Of a stretch of 64,000 nucleotides of DNA, positions 48,926-59,350 are shown piece after piece (position 1 is the first letter of the stretch; every line of letters starts with the position of its first letter). A program made the translations under genes and the position numbers. Below the pieces are notes generated by a model. The model searched no databases, was not told where the DNA came from, and worked only from the letters and a program-made list of their open reading frames with translations. The DNA comes from Centroscyllium fabricii (Eukaryota). The stretch covers positions 2,728,001 through 2,792,000 of the forward strand of contig JBNRSN020000086.1 of NCBI GenBank assembly GCA_051313645.2. The letters are read 5' to 3'.

Positions 48926-49289
48926 AATTAAAAACAGGCAAACAATTTCTTGGAAAGGCAACAGGCAAACTAAGTCACTAAGAGATCGACAGTCTGAACC
49001 AACTATTGGAACATCCAAGGAAAGAACTTTGGGGGGGGGGGGGGGAAATCAGGAGACGAACAACCTTCTCAAAAGGAAAAAAAAGGAGCCTCAGATTGAG
49101 GGTATTCAATCCTAACTTCTATCAAGGCATGGACCATAAGAGATTAGAAGACAACACCAAGACCCTGCAAAGAGAAGGAACAAAAGAAAGAAAACCAGGC
49201 CAAACTCCCTAACGAGTTGTAGAGGGATGACCGTCACATTCTATACAGAAAATAGCCCTGTTTCTGGGACTAGGGACAGGGTCAATGGC

Positions 49290-49495
49290 CAGGCCTGGTT
49301 AGTACTTGGATGGGTGACCAGGGAATACCAGGTGCAGAAGGGGAGGGGCGGTTGGCTGAAGATTGTCGGAAAGATTGAATGGCGGTGCGCACAGACGCAG
49401 CGGCTTTGCTGGACTCTTGGGAGCTTGCAAGATCACATTTCGTTGTTCATGTACTTGTACATTGTATAATGACAACGTTGAATTATTATTATTAA
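49290..49495 (+). mobile_element. 5S rRNA-derived SINE-like element (SINE3), 5'-truncated
   Basis: GGCCTGGTTAGTACTTGGATGGGTGACC..GGGAATACCAGGTGC matches the 3' half of vertebrate 5S rRNA; ends in a LINE-like tail plus (ATT)n. Confidence 0.7.
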
Positions 49496-50508
49496 AACAG
49501 GCTTGAGGCAGAAAGAGGGAAAACAAAAAATTGTAAGCTGCTGAGACAAAAATGGGGTTTGCCCCACGCTCCCTTGATGACTTACTGGGTTATTGCATTG
49601 CATGATATAAGTTGTACAGGAAAGCATGTTCCCGGTTTGATTTTTACTATTGTTGCATCCGTGTTATTTGGAGGACAATAACGACAGACACAGGTTCACG
49701 TTCTAACACTGGGTGATCTTTACTGTACATGGTAAAATCACGAACTTAACCTGTAGCGCTCCTCGTGCTAACATATACAGGAGCTCATAGCAGAACTGAA
49801 ACAGAAACTACACACACGAGCTTATATACACGACAGTGGTTGGTAAGGGTACTGCAGCCTGGTGGCATCACATGATGCAGTGCCCAGTATCATCCTTAAA
49901 GGCACAGGCACCACACTGATGGCTTTGGTCACTCCAGTGTTGGACTAGAAGAAGTTATGCCTCAGCCAAGACTGGAATTGAGCACAAGCAATCGGATAGC
50001 ACCGGGGTGATATAGAGAGGTGATGCAGAGGTAGAGTCTAGCATCATCAGTACATATGGGTATGTTGTTCATACACCACATTCCTCCCTTCCTAATTCAA
50101 TCGTACAGGTACGATGATACGTACACTTGGGAGTATGACAATTAACTCTTGTTACATACATTGTTCACTGATAAGTATACAAGGGGGTACAACGGTTAAC
50201 TTTTGTTACATACATTGTTCAATGCTAGTTAATCTCTTACCACCATTTTTAACACATTCCACTCAGTATAACCTTTTTCCGTACAATATTTTTAACTTGG
50301 AACGTTCCATGTTACATTCTCTAAATTGAGATACCATTATTACAACAATAATTAATGTACATTTGTCACATTGTACTCTTGCTTAACATGGTGCATCCAC
50401 TCTACTTTTGAATGTTCTAACATAGTTAACAATTTTAACGTTTAACGATTTCTAATTACATCCACTCTGTACATTTGAACGTTCTAACATTGTTAACCAT
50501 TTTAACAT

Positions 50509-51770
50509 TTATCGATTTCTAGTTTTCTTCCGACGGTGTTGTTTCTTTGCTTTCGTGGTCGGTTCCTTGACTGTATGGCTTTCCTCACTTTCATCGGCAA
50601 ACTGGTAGCCGTGTCCTCCAAGCCATTCGGCATCCGTCATCTCTGGATAGCCTTGCTCTTCAGCTGTCCCCACCGACCAACCCAGTTTCCCGAGTTGAGC
50701 AATCATGCCATCGCGGTTTCTTTCCAACTCCGCATTCCCTCCCGCCAATAGCTCTTTCTCCTGCTCCATTACAGCCAGTTTCTCCTTAAGTCCATCAACC
50801 TCTTCAGTTGCCTGTTCAATAAGGTTCTGTACTACTAGCCGGTTCTTCTCAGTCTCTTGTTGCTTGGCTATGGCCACCAACAGGTTCTTCTCAGTCTCTT
50901 GTTGCTTGGCTATTGCCACCAAGCACTTTTCTTCCCTGCCAGTTCAGAGCTGCTCCAATTTGCTCTCAGTCAGTTATTTTGGAGCTCAGCTGTGTCTGGA
51001 GATCCTTATTTTGTTCCTTGGCCTCGTGCAAATAGTCTTGCAGTGCCTTGTTTGTTTTATGCAACTCCTGCATCTGCGCCTTAAGTTGGTTCATTTCTTT
51101 GTGCATCTCCTCCAGTGACTCATTTCTGTCCTGCGAAGCAGCCACTGTGGCTTTGGAGGTTTGCAGCTCAGCTTGCAGAAATTTCACCCGACCTTGGAAA
51201 CTAATCTGGAGACAACTGATCTCCTTGTCCTTGACTTCAGTCTTCTCGTTCAAGTCAAGTTTGAGTATTTCTGAAGTAGAGCCACCATCAGGGACTGTGC
51301 AACTTTTTGAAGTAGCAGTCCTATTGGAAATCACAGGAAGGTTATTCAGAAGACCTTTCTTCTTATTCACGTTCTTTCCAGATTTAGAGTCGACTACTGG
51401 GCTCTGGCTATTGTTAGCCAAGTCCTTGCAGCCCCTTTGTGTGTCTGGGGTGCTTGCCGATATCCGTGATGGAGGTGCGTAACTCAGTCCAGCACCGTAA
51501 GGCAACGTGCCGTCTTTTGGTTCAACCAATTCAGGGCCCTGAGTCAGTTCACTCACTGTTCCTCCTTCAGTTGTCTGAAGTGCTCCGTTCAACCGTGATC
51601 GGATGTGTTGATGCTTCCGTTTGTTTTGTGCAGTCCGCAACAAATCAATTTGGTCTCGGGCTTCCTGTAGCCCCTGAGTCAGACAAGAGATATGTCTCTG
51701 GTGTATCTCCAGTCTGTCCAACGTGGCTGTATTATTTTCTTCACCCTTTATGTGTAAATCATGGGTAGAG
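50509..51770 (-). CDS. Unidentified coiled-coil ORF fused downstream of the protease (one frameshift near 50966)
   Basis: ORFs 50966-51940 and 50509-50922 have heptad-like E/Q/K/L-rich segments and no RT, RNase H or integrase motifs. Confidence 0.6.
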
Positions 51771-52978
51771 TTCCAATCTATATGGATTTTGTTTATCCAT
51801 TCACGTCCCAAAAGTGGTGCTCCGCCATCTTTCAGGACGTATAGGTAGAGGCCTTTAGTCTGCTTGCCTTCGTATTTCACTGAGACTGCCAACCGTCCCA
51901 AGGTCCTGAACGTTTGTCCCGTATATGTTTGCAGAATCACGGGTGACTATTCTAGGGGAATCCCCTTAAAGGTTTTCTTGTAAAACCGTTTGTTTATAAC
52001 AGACAGAGCTGACCCTGTATCGAGCTCCATCGATATGGGTACCCCTGCCACCTTGAGGGGAATCCACATAATCTTCCGGTCCCGGTCCGCTTGCGTGCCC
52101 ATGTTGTGGACCGTTAGGCTTCCTAGCCCCCAGTGCTCTGTGCCCTGGTCCTCTGGTTTGCTCTCCAAACTGTCCTCAGTAATATTGTGGACCTTCCTGG
52201 CCCCGCCCTGTTTGTGGTTTTGTCATCTTGACCCTTTTGTCTATCTTCCGGACCGGCAGACCGCTGCAATGTGGCCTATCTTGCCACACTGCCGGAAATC
52301 TTTATCTTTGGCCCAGCAATTGTTTTGGTCGTGTGTGGACGTGCCACACCTGAAGCACTTTTTCTTGTGCCAAGTAATCTCGTGGGCTTCCACACAACCC
52401 CCACTGTTCCTTATCTGTCCTGCCCCTGCTGCAGTGGCTTTGTGGGCTGCGGCTATCTCAATAGCTTGTTCTAGCATTAATGTCTTTTTGGCCAGTAATC
52501 TCTTCTGGGTGGCCTCATCTATTATGCCGCAAACACGAATCTATCTCTCAAATAGGCCGTTAGCTCATGCCCAAACTCAGTGTTTTGACAAGCATCGAAG
52601 CTCTGTCAAATATTCTGATTGGGACTCCCCTTTCTGTTGCTCCTTTTTCAAGAATTTGAACCTTTCTGCAATAAAGGGGGGTTTGGGGTTTAAGTTCTCC
52701 CGTAAAATCTCTTTCACTTCTTGCAGTGATTTGTCCACTGGTGTCTGTGGTGATACCAGTGTTCGCAATAACCCGTAGGTTTTGGATCCTACTGAATTTA
52801 ACAAGACCTTGAGTTTGTTATCATCAGCTACTGTCTGCACCTCGCAGTATATGTCGAACCGCTCTAAGTACGCTTCCCAGTCCTCTTTCCCAGGCTGAAA
52901 AGTTCCAAACCCATTGGGTATTGCTCTGTTTTGTCGGTTTCTGCCCGCCTCTTGTGGGCCGTTTTCCTGTTCCCCCAT
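51770..52978 (-). pseudogene. Gypsy gag and aspartic protease, disrupted
   Basis: EDWEAYLERF, AERFKF..QQKGES, CFRCG..H..NC and CGKIGHIAAVC knuckles, MELDTGSALSVI, PLLGREW; a few stops and compensating indels. Confidence 0.88.
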
Positions 52979-52997
52979 CCTTGATTATTGGGGTAAA

Positions 52998-53330
52998 ATG
53001 GCATCTGGTCCCGCCCCTGCGCTTCTCTTCCATTGTCTTCGCGCTTAAAGATGGTGTCTGGTCCCGCCCCCTGTGCTTCTCTTCCGTTGTCTTCGCGCTC
53101 AAAGATGGCGTCTGGTCACTTCTCCTGCTCATCTCTTCCAGTATTTTCGTGCTCAATCGGGCGTCTGGTCCCGCCCCTTGCGCGTCTTCCGGTATTTTCG
53201 TGCTCAATCGGGCATCTGGTCCTGCCCCTTGCGCGTCTCTTCCGGTATTTTCGTGCTCAATCGGGCATCTGGTCCCGCCCCCTGCGTGTTTCTTCCGGTA
53301 TTTTCGCGCTTAAAAAATGGCGTCTCCCCA
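52998..53330. repeat. Tandem repeat of about 55-60 bp in the LTR element leader
   Basis: Six recurrences of GGC(A/G)TCTGGTCCCGCCCC...TCTTCCGGTATTTTCGTGCTCAATCG and variants. Confidence 0.85.
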
Positions 53331-55020
53331 CCCTAGCGCCTCTTCCCCGCCGGGTTTGACTTCCCCCCGTGGTCTGGTCACCAATTTTATGCTCACCACG
53401 GGTCAGAGAACAGTCCCTGGTTCTCAACGACCCCTCCAGGTACCTGCGCTCTGTGGTCTCTCTGCCGATGGTGCTGGACACCGATTGCTGCTGGCCTTCT
53501 CCCCCTCCCCTCCCCACTGCGGAGCTTCTGCTGGCTGCTGTTGCCGAACTCTGCAGGCTGCTGTGTTGGGCTTCTTCTGGCTGCTGTTGCCACTCGCTGA
53601 AGGCTGCTGCTGGATCTCGCTTCGAAGCGCCTCGCCACTCCCGTTTCACAGTGTAGGCCTCCGAGTTCCTCCTTCAAATCGTTGCCCCTCCTGAGTTCGA
53701 GGTGCAGGGTGTGCCGTGGTCATCGATGGATTTGTTCTGGTAAGAACTCTCATCTTTATTCTAGTGTGGCCGATTGCACAGCTAGGCATTCGATTGACCT
53801 CGTCGCCATTGTTACATCCGTGTTATTTGGAGGACAACGACAGACACAGGTTCACGTTCTAACACTCGGTGATCTTTACTGTACATGGTAAAATCACGAA
53901 CTTAACCTGTAGCGCTCCTCGCGCTAACATATATACAGGAGCTCACAGCAGATCATAGCAGAACTGAAACAGAAACTACACACACGAGCTTATATACACG
54001 ACAGTGGTTGGTAAGGGTACTGCAGCCTGGTGGCATCACATGATGCAGTGCCCAGTATCATCCTTAAAGGCACAGGCACCACACATGGCTTTGGTCACTC
54101 CAGTGTTGGACTAGAAGAAGTTATGCCTCAGCCAAGACTGGAATTGAGCACAAGCAATCGGATAGCACCGGGGTGATATAGAGAGGTGATGCAGAGGTAG
54201 AATCTAGCATCATCAGTACATATGGGTATGTTGTCCATACACCACAACTATGCAGCCTGCAGATCACGACTGGGGCTCCACAACTGACCAGCATCCCTGT
54301 GCCAAGAAGGGGAAAGAATCAGCTCGGATTCCTGCTCCTGATTTCTATCTAATGATCCCCCTGATGAAAAGTACACAGTATGTGGATGTCAGGGTCAAGC
54401 TTGACTGATGCAGTACAGTTAAATTACCTGCAGACACTTGAGGTCTGGGCGAGTGGTTAAAATGGCGGCCAGGCAAAACCTGCTATATTTGCTCAGCGTT
54501 AACCCCGTCTCCAACCGCCCCCCCGCCGCACAATTTTAACTCCCGGGTTTTCAGGAGCGTGGACTCCACCAGTCACAGGCAGGGGGCTCATGGATATTTA
54601 AATGTTAGGATCAATGTTCCCTGTAAGCTATGCTTTATTTTGCGTGGCCTGTTTCTTGTAATGCGCGGTCCCTTTAAATTTCTGTGTGTGTGATATTTAC
54701 AATGTAAAAGCCGGTGAGCAGCCTGCGCGGGCCCTATTCCATTACTACACAGCTACAGAGCATTGGTCAGAATCCAATGACATAATTTCAGCCTTGGAAT
54801 GAAATGAATCACATCAAAAAACGCTGGCAGCAAGTAGGATTGTGCCAGAAGTGGTCCAGGTAAGTATTAATTTAAAACATATTTTGTAAGGTTCATTGTG
54901 GTCCAAGAGTGCTCCTTGTGGCCCATTAAGGAAACTTTGTGCCTCCTCTGACCCAGACTATCTTCCCGCAACCCCCAGCCCTTACTTCAACTAAGTTCAT
55001 CACGGATCCTTCCCCCTCCC

Positions 55021-55760
55021 GATCATCACAGCCCCCCCATGATCAACATAGACCCCAATGATCATCACAGACCCCCCCCCCATGATCATCACAGCCCCCC
55101 ATGATCATCACAGCCCCCCATGATCATCACAATCCCCCCCATGATCATCACACCCCCCCCCCATGATCATCACAGACCCCCCATGATCATCACAGACCCC
55201 CCATGATCATCACAGACTCCCCATGATCATCACAGACCCCCCATGATCAACATAGACCACCCGTGATCATCACAGACCACCCGTGATAATCACAGACTCC
55301 CCATGCTCATCACAGCCCCCCATGATCATCAGAGACTGCCCATGATCAACACAGACCCCCCATGATCATCACAGCCCCCCATGATCATCAGAGACTGCCC
55401 ATGATCAACATAGACCCCCCATGATCATCACAGCCCCCCCCCCATGATCAACACAGACCCCAATGATCATCACAGACTCCCCATGATCATCACAGCCCCC
55501 CCATGATCATCACAGACCCCAATGATCATCACAGCCCCCCATGATCATCACAGACCCCCCATGATCATCACAGACCCCCCGATGATCAACATAAACCCCC
55601 CCCATGATCATCACAGACCCCCCCAATGATCAACATAGACCCTCCATGATCAACATAGACCCTCCATGATCAATCTAACCCCCCCATGATCAACATTGAC
55701 CCTCCATGATCATCACAGACCCCCCCAATGATCAACATAGACCCCCAATGATCATCATAC
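55021..55760. repeat. Minisatellite of about 20 bp, (C)nATGATCATCACAGA, more than 30 units
   Basis: Repeated palindromic core ATGATCAT with variable C-runs. Confidence 0.95.
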
Positions 55761-56099
55761 ACCTCCTTCCCACCCCCGTGATTATCATGGGCCCCATCCC
55801 CTCACTTACCTTGCCGGGGACCAATTTTTGGGGTCTCTGGCAGCAGCCTACAACTGCGCAATTACCCGCTCCCGTCTGCTGGCCTCTACGTCATCCATGC
55901 CAGTTTTGGGTGGCAGTCACTGAGAAGAGATTCAAATGAGTCCTGGGAGTTAAAAAGACCCAGGCCTCACTTTCCAGGGGTCTGGTTGGATCTCTGTCTG
56001 TTTTGACTCTCCCACCGGCAATTCCCAACCCAGGTTAAAATCAGAGCTTCACTGTCTAGTGCTCACAACAACAACAACTTGCTTTTATATAGCATCTGC

Positions 56100-56655
56100 A
56101 ACTCTTCCTGAAAAGATGGTGGAAGCTGATTCCATAAATAATTTTAAAAGGGAGAAGCCCTCAGCTGGAGTATTGTGGACAATTCTGGACACCCCATGAC
56201 AGGAAAGATATAAAGGTCTTCGAATGGCCTTTACCAGGATGTTACATGGGATGAGGGACTTCTGTTTTGAGGAGCGTTTGGAAAATTTTGGACTTCTCTT
56301 TGGAACAAAGAAGGTTAAGAGGTGACCTAATAGAGATTTTCAAGATGATGAGGTATTGATAGAGTAGAGAGAGAAAAACTTCCCTCTGGCGGGCGAGTGG
56401 GTCCATAACCAGAGGTCATAGATTTATAATCATTGGCAAAAGATTTAGAGGGGAGACAAAGAGAAATGTTTTCACTAAGAGTTGTTGGGATCTTGAATGT
56501 TCTACCTGAAAAGGCGGTGGAAGGTGATTCCATAAATAATTTTAAAAGAGAGTTGAACAGGTACTTGAGGATGAACTTACAGGTTTATGAATAAAAGGCG
56601 GGGATGTGGAACTAAGCAGGACTGGCCTCCTTCTGTGCTGTAAGTTCCTAAGATT
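56100..56655 (+). mobile_element. CR1 3' fragment followed by an L2 3' fragment (to about 56855)
   Basis: RGDLIEIFKMM remnant and CR1 tail; reverse L2 tail sequence downstream. Confidence 0.7.
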
Positions 56656-57930
56656 CTACCTTTAATGTAGTAAAACATCCACAGCACTTCATAGGAGCAT
56701 TATCAGACAAAATTTCACAATTAGACACATAAAGAGATATTAGGACAGATGACCAAATTTATGGTCAGAGGAAGGTTTTAAGGAGCATCTTAAAGGAGGA
56801 GAGACGGAGAGGTTTAGGGAGGATATTCCAGAGCTTAGAGCCTAGGCAGCTGAACATGAAGACTAACCTCCACGACAAGGTATTGGACAACTGCTGGCTA
56901 CACACCCAGTCAGAGTCAGACACTTTTGGAAAGGGGATGAGAGAAGGAAAAGAAATGGACAGTGCAAATAGTAACACTACTTTGTTCACATCTGGAGACA
57001 GCATCTTCAATACAATTCTTTTTAAAAGGACAAAGTAGGGGTTTACCTCTTCATTGGTTTGTACAGCAATATCTCTTTGTTCTCCCTGAAGGTGAATTGA
57101 ACTTCTCTGTTGTTTTTCTATAATAAAAGTTAGACATCATATAATATACTTAGAACTTGTTGTAGTATATATACTGCCACCAAGTTTCTGATTTTTCCAT
57201 TTTGTCTTATTTCCCCTTTTTTTTGTTGAATATAGTGCTGATTGACATTAAGACCAGGGAACTATCCTTATATTGGCTACTAACTAAAACCTTAAGTATT
57301 GTACTTTAACCTCTCCAATGTAGTTATGAACTGGAGCTTTGTTGTTAGAAGCAATACTTACACAGCGTGTTTCATACAGTGTTAAAGCTGTTAGCAAATG
57401 GGTTGAGTTACAAAAGCAAAATACTGCGGATGCTGGAAATCTGAAATAAAAATAGAAAATGCTGGAAATACTCAGCAGGTCAGGCAGCATCTGTGAAGAG
57501 AGAAACAGTTTCTATCTCCAAGATGCTGCCTGATGGGTTGAGTTACATACAGTTTTAAGGAACAATATTGGTGGAACCAAAGGGAAATACATCAAATCTG
57601 AGATCTGAACTGGTGCTTCAGTTCTTTGTATATGCTCAGTCATATGCAAACACTAATATATCTCATTATATGAGATCAAAGAAGCTATCGTAACATTTTA
57701 TTAATAGAGGATCTACAATGAAAAACAATATATTATTCAGTCTATTTCTTGAATAGGGAAGGTCCAAGCGACAGGTGTTCCGATGATTTAGTTTTCTTCA
57801 TTCATCGTTTACTGTTGCCTGCATCAAAGTGGCGGGCCCCAGCACCAATCCTACCATTCCTAATAATCATCTTCTATCTTTTACAATCCTGTCAGCTGCC
57901 ACCACTTCTTAAACAGCTCGGAGATACCAT

Positions 57931-59350
57931 TCAATTCAATTCAATTCAAGTTTTATTGTCATTGCAGTGTACTAGTACAATACAACGAGACAAAGACTCG
58001 ACTCTCCCGAGAGTAGTGCAAATAAAATAAATAAATTACATGCAAAATGCATACAGTAGAGTACATTATCAGGCATGCAGGTACCGGAGTTTCTTTTTAG
58101 AGTTCAGGAGGCTGACAGCCCTGGGGAAGAAGCTGTTCTGAAATCTAGTCGTGCGGGTGCAAATTGCTCTGTAGCGTCTCCCGGAGGGCAGGGGGGCGAA
58201 CAGACTGTGGCTGGGGTGTGTGGGGTCTTTAATAATGTTCATAGACCTCCGTAAGCAGCGTTTGAGGTAGATGCTTTCCATTGACGGTAGCTGTGTACCG
58301 GTAATTCGTTGGGCAGTTTTGACTACCCGCTGCAGGGTTTTCCGGTCCGAGATAGTGCAATTACCATACCAGACAGTGATGCAGCTTGTCAGTATGCTTT
58401 CTATTGTGCAGCGGTAGAAGTTGGAGAGGATGCCGGATGACAGCCTGGCTTTCTTCAGCTTCCTTAGGAAGTACAGGCGCTGTTGGGCCTTCTTAACCAG
58501 AGAGGAGGTGTTTAGTGACCAGGAGAGATCTTCCGAGATGTGGACCCCAAGGAACTTGAAGCTGGACACCCTTTCCACCTCAGCCCCTTGGATGAAGATG
58601 GGGGTGTGTCTTCTGCTTCCAGTCCTCCGGAAGTCCACTATGATCTCCTTGGTTTTCTTGGTGTTCAGTGCCAGGTTGTTGTCGGCACACCAACCCACAA
58701 GGCGCTGGATCTCATCCCTGTAGGCTGACTCGTCGTTGTTGGTGATCTGGCCAACCACCGTGGTGTCATCCGCGAACTTGATGATCGTGTTGGAGCCATG
58801 GACAGCCGCACAGTCGTGAGTGAAGAGGGAGTAGAGGAGGGGGCTGAGCACACAACCTTGTGGGGCCCCCGTGTTCAGGGTAAGGGGGGGGAGGTGAGGT
58901 TGCCTAACTTCACAGACTGTGGTCTGTTGGTTAGGAAGTCCAGGGTCCAGTTGCAGAGGGAGGTGTTCAGGCCGAGGGTGAGGAGTTTGGTAGACAATTT
59001 GCTGGGGACGATGGTGTTGAATGCTGAGCTGTAGTCAATAAACAGCATTCTGATATATGTATCTTTGCTATCCAGGTGGTTTAGTGCAGAGTGAAGAGCC
59101 ATAGTGATAGCATCCTCTGTAGATCTGTTCCCACGGTAGGCGAACTGGTATTGGTCCAGGGCGGCGGGGATGCTGGCTTTGATGTGGGCCAGGACCAGCC
59201 GCTCAAAACACTTCATGATAATGGGTGTAAGTGCAACAGGGCGGTAGTCGTTCAGGCACGTCACGGCTGTTTTCTTGGGCACAGGGATGATGGTGGCGGT
59301 TTTGAAGCAGGTAGGGACAGCTGCCTTTGCCAGTGATAGGTTGAAGATGT
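57931..59350 (-). mobile_element. Rex1/Babar-clade LINE, 5'-truncated and young
   Basis: [57 protein letters not shown]; (TTGAA)n tail; possible CAT duplication. Confidence 0.92.

Larger units (their letters stand above)
49651..54246 (-). mobile_element. Full-length non-autonomous Gypsy (Mag-like) LTR retroelement
   Basis: LTRs 49651-50080 and 53810-54246 (TG...CA), 5-bp TSD ACTAT, PBS TGGCGACGAGG at 53798-53808 (complementary to the tRNA-Ser 3' end), PPT AGGAAGGGAGGAA at 50081-50093. Confidence 0.93.

Noticed and set aside
49292-49336. Functional 5S rRNA gene
   Set aside because: Only the 3' half is present, with indels, and it is fused to a retroposon tail.
53257-53694. Overlapping 95-130 aa ORFs in the LTR element leader
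   Set aside because: GC-rich leader sequence open on both strands with no domain features.
55021-55760. CRISPR-like array with palindromic repeat
   Set aside because: Units are head-to-tail with no unique spacers, the context is eukaryotic, and there are no cas genes.
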